Shown piece after piece: positions 49,201 through 57,822 of a stretch of DNA of 64,000 bases. The notes beneath the pieces were generated by a model that saw only the letters and a list, made by a program, of their open reading frames with translations, ran no database searches and was not told where the DNA came from. The stretch is from Blastocatellia bacterium (GTDB taxonomy: Bacteria; Acidobacteriota; Blastocatellia; UBA7656): contig CAVXWP010000007.1 of the NCBI GenBank assembly GCA_963765495.1, positions 1 through 64,000 on the forward strand. Reading direction: 5' to 3'. Every line of letters starts with the position of its first letter. The stretch's first letter is position 1. A program made the position numbers and the translations under genes.

Positions 49201-49398
49201 GTCGCGGTCCTCGGCTATGGCTCGCACGTGATTTGAAGGAAGCCCGTGAAAGAGCGTGATCGCGCCCCAGGCGTGCGGGTTGACAGACGGCGCGGGGAGA
49301 GAGTCGCCTTCGGGTTCAGCAAATGAAATCGCCGCCCCGGCGAGCAATAGAAAGAGAGCAAGAAGAAGATAATAACGATGGCGCATGGGTTGTAGCAT
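46210..49398 (-). CDS. Sensor histidine kinase with periplasmic beta-propeller (Reg_prop/Y_Y_Y) and HisKA_3
   Basis: Repeated 'D.DG.MWFGT..GL' blades, 'GLPSNHV', one TM, 'ERRRIARDLHD', 'QEAVSNICRH', 'DDGGGF', 'GRGLSNIRSRA'. Confidence 0.92.
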   Translation of the reverse strand: MLQPMRHRYYLLLALFLLLAGAAISFAEPEGDSLPAPSVNPHAWGAITLFHGLPSNHVRAIAEDRDGVMWFGTDSGLARYDGRRIQKIAAEGPAANRVLALRFAPDGVLWIGTDSGAARLIDERFELIPETSGKAVTSIITPAEGRAVMASREGVIFDCSTIADGTLAVQTIEPKDHSLLRIDSGGGRPLPLTSLALIGETLIAGTRSRGLLAIERGEVKEILSHPRAFFVEAIEVDPHGRMWFGAQTTARDSGLFESGNLARPEKMGTDTGTITAIKFDSTGRMWIGTDEDGAFYYQQDRRQQNSVSLDRLEHFTFENTAGGMRSNHVYTVFVDREDVVWFGTDGGVCRYDPHGLRVELPGISAKSNFARALFQSSDGAMWCGTSSGLFVKSNPSSPWNPVEAFQDKVIHSIGEDLEGRLLVGTAWGLYVTNHSYEKRNTRLSELADSIIATDKRAFERVESNPPVASGGDSVRAVCIFQGVTYIASFGHGLERIDGSNRALVWPPDDDDERERRVVALHADGPARLWISTAEAGLFLFDGRQVQPAPAFDQLKGNTVWAIEGKSDDYLWLGTSRGLYALKAGELSAVIESNDIRSLALDDDDKASLWCASVGGGLFRVLIDKQGNQVIAQMDGEQGLPSENVFAVLTAPRQPHGRTLWIATSRGVVRYEPGQAAPPLKITRVMGKRVYQPEEIREGLSLEYPQNSLAIDVAATSSRTFPEQFQYSFSLLDASGKLIRQKLARDSQMLVENLRPGRYKIMAHAYTSDLVASEPLMLEFTVASAPFPWTTMALSVLLTLALIAVWWGSRQNRRLARTNDALAVANSQLGRTRMQLATETETERRRIARDLHDQTLADLRRLLLLTDELPAGKSTNGHKQITPAEFRGEIQSISNEIRRICEDLSPSVLANVGLAAALEWALADAVAHLPVERQFDYEFTSEDNLEERLKITPAVQIQIYRIVQEAVSNICRHSSARRVRLRIAIEPEGDFLLELEDDGGGFVPSSNATLTGRGLSNIRSRASLIEADVGWHKRPTGETLFTLRRKTSTVNSQSEDGVEMKRT

Positions 49399-49414
49399 TT
49401 AAATCATGCATCAA

Positions 49415-49538
49415 GTGATGCGTGATGCGTGATGCGTGATGCGTGATTTTCTGGTTGTTGAACCTTTACCAGCCACTTGCTCAACTTCCGGGTCACGTAT
49501 CACGGATCACGCATCACAAATCACAAATCACAAATCAC
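49415..49538. repeat. Heptamer-arm palindromic element, core type 2
   Basis: (gtgatgc)x4-5 + the core shared with 41367-41471 + tcacgca/tcacaaa units. Confidence 0.85.
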
Positions 49539-50302
49539 CGTGTTGGCCGAGCCGTTCGTTCCTGCGTGTATCGCGCGCGGTCTCGCTCGATCCAGCTTTC
49601 AAGGTCGTGGGCGGCCTTCTCCAGTTCATCGCTGTTGAGCAGGCCGCGCCGCAATGCTTCAAAGAAGGCCCGCGTTCGCACATTGTATGCGAGCTTGTCG
49701 TATGTTTCGTGCGAGGTGCCTTCCGAGGAGGCCGCAAAGAGTTTTTCATACAGGGTCGCAAGGCGGCTCTCGACTCCACGGAGGCTCAAGCTGCATTTGC
49801 GAGCTATAGCCCAGTTCGAAAGACCGAGGGCGAGGTAATAAAGCGCCTCGGCTTCGAACTCGGTCAGCAGGGGTCGCTTGAAGGAATCCTTAAAAGCCGG
49901 GTCTATCATATCCGCGCCGTCTTCGAGTACGGCGGCGATAAAGCGCAGAAATCGCGTTTCAGGATTGTTCTTATCTATGAATCCGTATGCGGGCGGCGGC
50001 TCGACCGATTTGATGATCTTGCGAATTTCGTTGATGTAAATCTCGTGCGGGAACTGAGTCCAGAAAATAATCCTGGCTCTGGGAAATCCGCGCCAGATGG
50101 CGCGCGCGGCCTTCACCCCCGAGAGCCTGGGCATCTGAATGTCCAGCACGCAAAGCTCGGGGCGATGCTCAAGCGCAAGCTCGATAGTAGCTTCGCCGTC
50201 CGAGGCTTCGATCACCGGCAGGTGTGCGTGAAATTCTCTCTCAAGAAGCTCGCGCAGGTAAGTGCGTTGCGCCACGTTGTCTTCGGCTATCAGAATAGAC
50301 AT
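49535..50302 (-). CDS. NarL/LuxR-like response regulator
   Basis: REC 'IAEDN', 'LDIQMP', then HTH 'LTEFEAEALYYLALGLSNWAIA'; adjacent to the HisKA_3 kinase. Confidence 0.88.
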   Translation of the reverse strand: MSILIAEDNVAQRTYLRELLEREFHAHLPVIEASDGEATIELALEHRPELCVLDIQMPRLSGVKAARAIWRGFPRARIIFWTQFPHEIYINEIRKIIKSVEPPPAYGFIDKNNPETRFLRFIAAVLEDGADMIDPAFKDSFKRPLLTEFEAEALYYLALGLSNWAIARKCSLSLRGVESRLATLYEKLFAASSEGTSHETYDKLAYNVRTRAFFEALRRGLLNSDELEKAAHDLESWIERDRARYTQERTARPTR

Positions 50303-50574
50303 ATTCGCTCACTTGTAATCGGGCTTGAGCCTGCAACGATCCGATCAGGTCGATAGGCTCGAATCGGACTTCTTTGATGCTATGCCCGAACGCCGGGTTG
50401 GTCAATGTGGCTACCCACACAACGAAGAAGCGGGATAGCCCGTGCCCGCGCTGTTGCCGCCCTCCTAAACTGCGTCACCGCTTTCGATCAATAATCCGCC
50501 TGATGATTAATCGCGCCAAAATTCGATTCGCATGTACGGCAATTGTAGTGGCAGCCCGGATCGCCCGAAGGGTG

Positions 50575-51855
50575 ATGACCATCATCGCGCGTAAGCGCGA
50601 TCCGGGCAGTGACAAGCCCTGCCACTACAGAGAATCAGAATTCAGAAATATAGTAGCCCTTGCTGTGCTCGTTGCGCTCCTGGTTTTACCTCGCGCCACA
50701 TCGGCCGCCGAGTTTGCCGATGTGGCTATTGAGGCAAAAGACGGGCGCGCTATGGAGTGGTTTTATGAGTCGCTCAGGCGAACCGAAGCGAGAGAATCCA
50801 TCACTCGAATTCTGCATTACGGAGACTCGCACATAGCCGCAGATATTCTGACGGGCGCTCTTAGACAGAGATTTCAGCGAGGCTTCGGAGACGCGGGGCT
50901 CGGATTTGTGCTTGCGGGAAAGCCCTGGCAGTGGTACTGGCGCAAAGGGCTTTCGAGCTATTCGAGCAAAGGCTGGCGCGTAGACGGGCTCTCTCAGGCT
51001 TCGCTTGCCACAGACAACCGGCTGGGACTTGCGGGCGTGAGCCTGAGCGCGTACCGCGCGGGCGAATGGGTTTGCCTGGAAGCTGCGGGCGCAAGATTTG
51101 ACCTCTACCTTATGAAGCAAGCGGGCGGCGGCACGGTTGATGTGCTGCTCGACGGCGCTCTCTATCATCACGGCCTGTCGCTTTTATCAAGCAAACCGGA
51201 ACCTCTCTATCTTGAAGTGGCGGCAGGCTACGACGGCTCTCATACGATAGAGCTTCGCGTAGCCTCGACGGGGTGGGTGCGCATATTCGGAGTGGTTGCC
51301 GAGCGCGACCGGCCGGGCGTCGTCTATGATGCGTTGGGCATCAACGGCGCTCGCGCCGACCGCCCCTTGATGTGGGACCGACGTATCCTCAAAGACAACA
51401 TCGAAAGACGTGACCCCGATCTGATTGTGATCTCGTACGGCTCAAACGAGGTAGGCGATGCGGACCTCGATCTGGCCGAGTACGGCAAATCATTTTCAGC
51501 TCTGCTCACAAGACTGCACACGGCAGCCCCTCGCGCCTCGCTCCTGGTGATCAGCCCGCCCGACCGAGCCACGCGCGCAGGCGCGAGGTGGCAAACCATA
51601 AACCGAATGTCCTTGCTTGTCGAGACTCAGCGGCAGGCGGCATTCCGATCAGGCGCGGCCTTCTGGGACCTGTTTCACGCGATGGGCGGAGCCGGTTCAA
51701 TCGAGCGATGGGCGACCTTGCCAGCGCCGCTCGCCCAGACGGACCGCGTGCACCTTACTGCTACCGGGTATCGACTGGTAGCCGAAAATCTCTACAGGCA
51801 ACTGATGCTCGCTTATCTGTGGACGGTCATCGAAGAGGAGCTGGGCGAAAGATAA
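50575..51855 (+). CDS. SGNH/GDSL acyltransferase (PatB/AlgJ-like) 1
   Basis: 'HYGDSH', 'GINGA', 'YGSNE', 'DRVH'; hydrophobic N-terminal segment. Start uncertain. Confidence 0.85.
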   Translation: MTIIARKRDPGSDKPCHYRESEFRNIVALAVLVALLVLPRATSAAEFADVAIEAKDGRAMEWFYESLRRTEARESITRILHYGDSHIAADILTGALRQRFQRGFGDAGLGFVLAGKPWQWYWRKGLSSYSSKGWRVDGLSQASLATDNRLGLAGVSLSAYRAGEWVCLEAAGARFDLYLMKQAGGGTVDVLLDGALYHHGLSLLSSKPEPLYLEVAAGYDGSHTIELRVASTGWVRIFGVVAERDRPGVVYDALGINGARADRPLMWDRRILKDNIERRDPDLIVISYGSNEVGDADLDLAEYGKSFSALLTRLHTAAPRASLLVISPPDRATRAGARWQTINRMSLLVETQRQAAFRSGAAFWDLFHAMGGAGSIERWATLPAPLAQTDRVHLTATGYRLVAENLYRQLMLAYLWTVIEEELGER

Positions 51856-53282
51856 TGTTTTTCACAAGCGGCACATACTATGTTTTTCTGGTTGCGGTCT
51901 TTTTCGCCTACTGGACGGTGGCGAAAAAGAGTGGCTTGCGGACCCTGTTTCTGGCCGCCGCGAGTTGTTTCTTCTACGCGAATATCGGCGGGCGGGCTCT
52001 GTTGTTGCTTATAGCGGTCTCGATGGTTGACTTCACAACCACTCGAATGATGAGCCGGGATTGCTCTCGATTGAGGCGCAGGCTGCTTTTGAGCGCATCG
52101 CTTGTTGTGGACATCGGTTCGCTGTGTGTCTTTAAGTATGCCGATTTTTTCATGGAATCTGTCGCGGGCGGGCTTTCGAGTTTCGGACTGGCAATCGAGC
52201 TTCCGCACCTGAATATGCTGGCCCCGATAGGCATTTCATTCTTCATATTTCAATCGCTTTCTTCGGTGATAGACGTTTATCGGAAAGATGCGGAACCGGC
52301 TCCGACCTATCTCGATTACCTTGCCTTTGTCTCGTTCTTTCCTACGATCATCGCGGGGCCTATCCTGCGCGCAAAGCAATTGCTGCCTCAGCTTAGAAAT
52401 CATCTCGCGCTTGATGCGAGCACGGGTGGGCAGGCGCTTTTTCTGATAGCGGTCGGACTCATAAAGAAGATCGCCATGGCCGATTACCTGAGCGCGAATC
52501 TGGTAGACCGGGTCTTCGATTTTCCCGAGCGATTTTCATCTCTCGAAGTCCTGGCGGCCGTTTACGGCTACGCGCTGCAAATCTACGCCGACTTTTCCGG
52601 CTACAGCGACATCGCCATAGGCTCGGCTATGTTGCTTGGCCTCACATTGCCCGTCAATTTCAACGCGCCTTACAGGGCGAGGGACTTGCCGGATTTCTGG
52701 CGGCGCTGGCACATAACGCTTTCCACGTGGCTGCGCGATTATGTCTTTTTCAGCGTAGTAGGTCGTCGGGTTCGCTCTTCGGCAATGCTCTATTGCGGTC
52801 TTGTCGTGACTATGGTTGTCGGCGGGTTGTGGCACGGTCCTACGTGGACGTTCGTGTTGTGGGGGCTGGCGCATGGATTGGGCCTTGCGGCGGTCAGGGC
52901 AATTGCCGCCCTGCGAAAGCGGTTCTCTATACCCCGGCGCAATAACCTCTGGGCCGACTGTTTGAGCGTCATAATCACGTTTCATTTTATCTGTTTTACG
53001 TGGGTGCTGTTTCGAGCCGACAGCCTCGACGCGGCCCTCAAGCTCTTCCGGCAACTGTGTATGCTTACCACAGACACGGCGAATCTTGCCCTGCCTGTTG
53101 GCGTACTGATTGCGCTTGGATTTATTGCTCACTGGCTGCCGGACCGCATCTGGGAGAGGGCCAGCGCGGGGTTTGCGCGATTGCCTTCGCCTGCTCAGGC
53201 GGGCGCATTGTTCCTTCTGGCCATCGGGCTTTATTCGGTCGCGAGCAGCGATGTGGTTCCGTTTATCTATTCCAGGTTTTGA
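51855..53282 (+). CDS. MBOAT O-acyltransferase (AlgI/PatA/DltB type)
   Basis: 'PIGISFFIFQ', 'IAGPI', 'YADFSGYSDIAIG', 'FWRRWHITLS.WLRDY', 'GLWHG', C-terminal 'PFIYSRF'. ATG overlaps the upstream TAA. Confidence 0.95.
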   Translation: MFFTSGTYYVFLVAVFFAYWTVAKKSGLRTLFLAAASCFFYANIGGRALLLLIAVSMVDFTTTRMMSRDCSRLRRRLLLSASLVVDIGSLCVFKYADFFMESVAGGLSSFGLAIELPHLNMLAPIGISFFIFQSLSSVIDVYRKDAEPAPTYLDYLAFVSFFPTIIAGPILRAKQLLPQLRNHLALDASTGGQALFLIAVGLIKKIAMADYLSANLVDRVFDFPERFSSLEVLAAVYGYALQIYADFSGYSDIAIGSAMLLGLTLPVNFNAPYRARDLPDFWRRWHITLSTWLRDYVFFSVVGRRVRSSAMLYCGLVVTMVVGGLWHGPTWTFVLWGLAHGLGLAAVRAIAALRKRFSIPRRNNLWADCLSVIITFHFICFTWVLFRADSLDAALKLFRQLCMLTTDTANLALPVGVLIALGFIAHWLPDRIWERASAGFARLPSPAQAGALFLLAIGLYSVASSDVVPFIYSRF

Positions 53283-53286
53283 CATT

Positions 53287-54720
53287 ATGTTTCGATACAA
53301 GAACGACAGCGAAGCAAACGCGCTTGCGGGAAAGACCTCTCGCACGCTCGTCAGCCTTGTGGCGCTGGCGATGTTGCCCTATCTGATCCCGGCCTTGAGC
53401 GGTTATCGCCTGCTAAGCTCTTCGGGGGCGAGCGGTTTGATGACCATTCCCACAGGAGAAGCCGCGATGTCGGATGTTTCGGCGGGGCAGGGCAGGGCCG
53501 TATCATCCGAATCGGATTTGCCCGGCGGCAAGGCGGAGGCTACGCCGGGCGAGGTCGAAGATCCCTCGGGGCGGGCGCTCGATAATTATTTCGCTTCGTT
53601 GCTCAAGGTTGAGCGCGAAGGAGGCCATTCGCGTGTCTGTCATTACGGCGATTCGCCAATAACTAACGACGGCATAACCTCTACCGTGAGGCGGCGGCTG
53701 CAACTCAGATTTGGCGACGCGGGCCACGGATTTATCCTGACTGCAAGGCCCTGGGGCTGGTACGCGCATACGGGTGTCTCTCACGATGAGAGCCGGGGAT
53801 GGTCGGATGACCCTATGGCGATTTCGCGCGGCGATCACATCTACGGTCTCGGATGCGTGAGCTTCACTAATTCGGCGGCGGGCGAGTGGGCGAGCTTTTC
53901 TACTACGGAGGAAGGCGAAGTCGGCCATAGCGTCTCGGCATTCGACATTTACTATCTGGCGCAACCGGGCGGAGGCGATTTCGATGTGGAGGTTGATGGA
54001 GCGACCGAAGGGCGAGTTGCGACCGCAAGCGATGAGGTGAAATCGGGGTTCTATCGCGTAGAGGTGAAAGAGGGCGGGCACAGCCTGGTCTTGAGAGTTG
54101 TTGGCAACGGCGAGGTGCGAGTCTTTGGCGTGGTGCTTGAAAGCGGAGCGCGGGGCGTGGAGTACGATTCGCTTGGTGTCAACGGCGCTTATATCGGATT
54201 GCTCGCCAATTATCTTGATGTCAATCACTGGGCCGAGCAGTTGCGACATCGCAAGCCCGATCTTGTCATCATCGGTTACGGCACAAACGAGAGCCAGTTT
54301 GAGCGCCTGCCGATGGATCAGTATGAGCGAGACACCAGAGAGGCGATACGTCGAATCAGAGCGGCGCTGCCGGGCGTTTCGATAATGCTTGTCGGGCCTA
54401 TGGACCGGGCCATGAGAGGCGCGGGCGGAACACTTGTGACGCGGCCTATGATCCCGAAATTGATCAGTTATCAAAGACGCATCGCATCTGATACGGGTTG
54501 CGCTTTTTTCGACACATACACGGCGATGGGCGGCGAAGGCACGGCGGCCAGATGGTGTCTCGCGCGGCCACGTTTGATGGGCGGCGACTATACACATCCT
54601 ACCGCTCAGGGAGCCGAAATCGTAGGCACGCTCATCTATGACGCAATGATGAGAGCTTATGAGAAGTATAAAGACCGAGAGACAGAAACGGCGCTCAATC
54701 TGAGCCGCGCCGGGCAGTAG
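53287..54720 (+). CDS. SGNH/GDSL acyltransferase (PatB/AlgJ-like) 2
   Basis: N-terminal TM, 'HYGDSP', 'GVNGA', 'YGTNE', 'DYTHP'. ATG 53287. Confidence 0.87.
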   Translation: MFRYKNDSEANALAGKTSRTLVSLVALAMLPYLIPALSGYRLLSSSGASGLMTIPTGEAAMSDVSAGQGRAVSSESDLPGGKAEATPGEVEDPSGRALDNYFASLLKVEREGGHSRVCHYGDSPITNDGITSTVRRRLQLRFGDAGHGFILTARPWGWYAHTGVSHDESRGWSDDPMAISRGDHIYGLGCVSFTNSAAGEWASFSTTEEGEVGHSVSAFDIYYLAQPGGGDFDVEVDGATEGRVATASDEVKSGFYRVEVKEGGHSLVLRVVGNGEVRVFGVVLESGARGVEYDSLGVNGAYIGLLANYLDVNHWAEQLRHRKPDLVIIGYGTNESQFERLPMDQYERDTREAIRRIRAALPGVSIMLVGPMDRAMRGAGGTLVTRPMIPKLISYQRRIASDTGCAFFDTYTAMGGEGTAARWCLARPRLMGGDYTHPTAQGAEIVGTLIYDAMMRAYEKYKDRETETALNLSRAGQ

Positions 54721-54792
54721 ACAGGTGTTGTTGCGAGACTTCGTTTCTCGCAAAGACGCGAAGACGCAAAGTACGCAAAGGAGATTATTGAT

Positions 54793-55029
54793 ATGTTACC
54801 GGAAAACGTAATGACTTTCTTAAATCGCGCGGCAGAGGAGGCGCGAACTCAATTGCCCCCCCGCGACTCATCGCTATTTCTGGCAGGTGTGCTCGATTCA
54901 TTTGCGCTGGTAGATTTTGTGACCATGCTTGAGGGCGAGTGCGGCATCTCGATAAGTGACGCCGACCTCAGACCCGAAACCTTCGACACCATCGCAAAGA
55001 TAGAGACTTATATCGAAAGTAGGCAGTAA
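54793..55029 (+). CDS. Acyl carrier protein (DltC-like, stand-alone)
   Basis: 78 aa, acidic, phosphopantetheine motif 'GVLDSFALV', 'PETFDTIAKI'; AAGGAG SD. Confidence 0.88.
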   Translation: MLPENVMTFLNRAAEEARTQLPPRDSSLFLAGVLDSFALVDFVTMLEGECGISISDADLRPETFDTIAKIETYIESRQ

Positions 55030-55117
55030 GCCGTAGGCAGTTGATACGGAACCGACGGCTACTGCTAAAGAGAGCATGAGGATGCATATGAACAGGTGGT
55101 ACCTAACTGCCTACTGC
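55019..55117. repeat. Heptamer-arm palindrome (GTAGGCA / TGCCTAC units)
   Basis: gtaggcagtaagccgtaggcagt ... aactgcctactgc. Confidence 0.6.
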
Positions 55118-55127
55118 TTAATGAATT

Positions 55128-56162
55128 ATGAAAAGCTATATCACAGGTTATGGTAGCGCGCTGCCCCGGCGGGTGGTGACAAATGCCGAGCTTGCGCCAA
55201 TGCTCGGGGTTGATCCGGGCTGGATCGAAGCCGGTTCCGGGATACGCGAGCGGCGATGGGTTGAGGCCGACCAGTCATGTTCGGACCTTGCGGCCACGGC
55301 CGTAAGTGAGGCGCTCAAAGATGCCCGGGTGAGCGCCGACTGTGTTGATTATTTGATAGGTTGTACGCTCTCTCCAGATTATCAGGTGCCGGGAATCGCG
55401 CCCCTCGTTCAACGCAGGCTTGATGGGTTCGGGCAAATCCCGGCTATTGATCTGCGGGCGGGATGCGCGGGTATTCTCTACAGCCTGCAAATGGCGAGAG
55501 GGCTTATCGAGTCGCGTGCGGCAAACAGGGTTGTCTGTTTCGGCGCTGAGGCGCAATCGAAAGGGCTCGACCTGCGCCCGCAAAGCGCCGAATTGAGCAT
55601 GCTGTTTGGGGATGGCGCTGGCGCTCTTGTTGTGAGTCGAGAGGCGCAAACTGCCGCGCACTATTTCACGCTCTCGATTGATGATGTGCTTATCTTAACC
55701 GACGGGAATTTCGCCGAAGACCTTGTGGTGAAAGCGCCGGGCACGGCCAATGGAGCGCGGTGGTTTGACCCCGCGCAGGCCACATCGGATCTGTATCGGC
55801 CTTCTATGAATGGCCGCAATGTGATTTTGCATGCTGTGCGAAAACTCGCCGAAGCCGCCGCGCAGATAATTGCGCGCAATGAAATCTCGATGGATCAAAT
55901 AGACCTGATCGTTCCGCATCAGGCCAATGCCAACCTGTTGCGGTCGCTCGGCAAGAAGCTGAATTTTTCGGAAGACCGCATAGTGGTCAACGTAGACCGC
56001 TTCGGCAACACAAGCGGCGCTTCCGCCTTTCTCGCGTTGTGGCAAGCCTCGCGCGAACGGAAACTGCGCCCCGGCAACCGCGTTCTCTTACTGGCTTTCG
56101 GCGCGGGTTTCACCTGGGGCGCAGCTATTTGCACCGTCTGCGATGCGGGACGTGATGCGTGA
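55128..56162 (+). CDS. 3-oxoacyl-ACP synthase III (FabH/KAS III) family protein
   Basis: Cys-His-Asn triad 'AGCAG', 'PHQAN', 'GNTSGAS'; also 'FGDGAGA' and 'FGAGFTWG'. Confidence 0.92.
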   Translation: MKSYITGYGSALPRRVVTNAELAPMLGVDPGWIEAGSGIRERRWVEADQSCSDLAATAVSEALKDARVSADCVDYLIGCTLSPDYQVPGIAPLVQRRLDGFGQIPAIDLRAGCAGILYSLQMARGLIESRAANRVVCFGAEAQSKGLDLRPQSAELSMLFGDGAGALVVSREAQTAAHYFTLSIDDVLILTDGNFAEDLVVKAPGTANGARWFDPAQATSDLYRPSMNGRNVILHAVRKLAEAAAQIIARNEISMDQIDLIVPHQANANLLRSLGKKLNFSEDRIVVNVDRFGNTSGASAFLALWQASRERKLRPGNRVLLLAFGAGFTWGAAICTVCDAGRDA

Positions 56163-56218
56163 TGCGTGATGCGTTGTTTTCACTTGCTGCTATTTCTGGT
56201 CACGCATCACGTATCACT
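56151..56218. repeat. Heptamer-arm palindromic element between convergent genes
   Basis: cgtgatgcgtgatgcgtgatgcg ... tcacgcatcacgtatcac. Confidence 0.8.
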
Positions 56219-56219
56219 C

Positions 56220-56798
56220 TTACCGAACTTTTTTGAGCAGATCATCCGGGTCTTGAGGCACGCCGATGAAGGGGAGATTGCGATACATTTCGGCCACGTC
56301 CAACCCGTAGCCTACTACGAATTCATTCGGTATGGTAAAGCCTATGTAACGGGCATCGATCTCGATCTGGTGGCGCTCGGGTTTGTCGAGCAACGCGGCG
56401 ATGGCCAGCGATTTCACATCGCGCGATTTGAAAATATTGACCATGTAATTCAGCGTCAACCCCGTGTCTATTATGTCTTCAACCACTAAAACGTCTTTGC
56501 CCGCGAGACTCAGATCGAGGTCTTTGGTTATTCTCACTTCACCCGAAGATTTCGTCGAAGCGCCGTAGCTGGATATGCCTATGAAGTCGAGCGACATCGG
56601 CAGGTCAATCTCTCTCATCAAATCCGACAAAAAGACGCACGCGCCTTTCAGCACGCCTACCAGATGAAGCGACTTGCCCGCGTAATCACTGGTGATCTGG
56701 CTGCCTATCTCACGCACTCGCGCTTCGAGCCGTTCGGCGCTAATCATGACTTTCAGATTCGGGTCGTTCATAAAAGAGGCTCGTTCGCTTGCAGTCAT
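56220..56798 (-). CDS. hpt: Hypoxanthine phosphoribosyltransferase
   Basis: 'GVLKGA..F.SDL', 'VEDIIDTGLT', 'FVVGYGLD', 'YRNLPFIG'. ATG 56798 with an AAGGAG SD. Confidence 0.96.
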   Translation of the reverse strand: MTASERASFMNDPNLKVMISAERLEARVREIGSQITSDYAGKSLHLVGVLKGACVFLSDLMREIDLPMSLDFIGISSYGASTKSSGEVRITKDLDLSLAGKDVLVVEDIIDTGLTLNYMVNIFKSRDVKSLAIAALLDKPERHQIEIDARYIGFTIPNEFVVGYGLDVAEMYRNLPFIGVPQDPDDLLKKVR

Positions 56799-56829
56799 TT
56801 TTATCTCCTTGAATGTGGATTGAGCGTGC

Positions 56830-56859
56830 AATATACGAGAAGCCGCCGCGCTCTGTCAA
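56830..56859 (-). promoter_or_regulatory. Candidate sigma70 promoter of hpt
   Basis: Minus strand TTGACA-N18-TATATT. Confidence 0.6.
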
Positions 56860-56942
56860 CGCGCAGTTTTTAGGCTGGGTTTTGCGCGTGCCCGCTGGCG
56901 CTGCCCGCAAAATTACGATACAACTGCTGTTGGGTAATTTCT

Positions 56943-57575
56943 ATGAGCGAGATTGATGAAAGAGGCAAACAGGTAATCACAGAGCGCGAGATTCAGCTTG
57001 CCGCCGAAGGGGATACGATTCGCATAGATGAGCGAGCGATAATGACCCCGCTCGCTTCGGACCTTGCGCGCGAGCGCGGCATTACAATCGAGCGCGTGCG
57101 CCGCCGGGTGTCCGCTCGCAGCCAAAAGATCGCGCTCGGCGCGGATCACGGCGGGTTCGAAATGAAAGAAGAGATCAAAAGAGTGCTCTCCGATCTCGGC
57201 CATGACTTTCAGGACTTCGGCACTCATTCGACCGAAGCCGTAGACTACCCCGATTATGCGCATCTGGTCGCCCGCGCCGTTTCGCGCGGCACCTGCGCGC
57301 TTGGAATAATCGTTGACGGTGCTGGCATAGGGTCCTGCATGGTTGCAAACAAGGTTCCGGGCGTGCGCGCCGCGATGTGTTATGACGAGACATCGGCCCG
57401 AAACAGCCGCGAGCATAACGGCGCAAACGTCCTGACGCTTGGCGGCAAGATGATTTCAAGCGAGCGCATGAAACAGATAGTCACGGCGTGGCTTGCGACC
57501 GACCTGACCGAAGACCGTCACCGCCGCCGCGTCTCGAAGATCACCGCAATCGAAGACGAATACCTCAAGAAGTAA
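56943..57575 (+). CDS. rpiB: Ribose-5-phosphate isomerase B with a ~60-aa N-terminal extra domain
   Basis: 'ALGADHGG', 'DYPDYA', 'DGAGIGSCMVANKVPGVRAA', 'REHNGANVL', 'RHRRRV'. Confidence 0.92.
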   Translation: MSEIDERGKQVITEREIQLAAEGDTIRIDERAIMTPLASDLARERGITIERVRRRVSARSQKIALGADHGGFEMKEEIKRVLSDLGHDFQDFGTHSTEAVDYPDYAHLVARAVSRGTCALGIIVDGAGIGSCMVANKVPGVRAAMCYDETSARNSREHNGANVLTLGGKMISSERMKQIVTAWLATDLTEDRHRRRVSKITAIEDEYLKK

Positions 57576-57822
57576 TCCCGCGAGATCGCGGGCTGACAAT
57601 TTAATTCTGAGGCTACGTAGTAAGAAAAAGTATTTGTGATTGACGATCCTTTTTACGGCTGGGTTTGAGCAAATGCGCAGGTTGAGTCCTCTTTAACGGG
57701 CTTACCGTATCCGGCTTTAGCCATGCGAAGAGGGCTAATACAAAACCTTTTCAGATGATGAGGTTTGACAGTCGAATTCGTAGAATCATAAAGATTTTCA
57801 ACATGCAGGTTAGAATACTTGA

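Noticed and set aside
49415-49538. Tandem repeats as a possible CRISPR array
   Set aside because: The units are 7 bp in palindromic arms, there is no 25-40-bp repeat/spacer periodicity, and no cas genes are present.
53503-54753. 416-aa - strand ORF (and similar long antisense ORFs at 14352-15209, 26964-27788, 38959-39717, 49436-50356 and 52536-53345)
   Set aside because: They lie opposite well-supported genes, which is typical of stop-poor antisense frames in GC-rich DNA.
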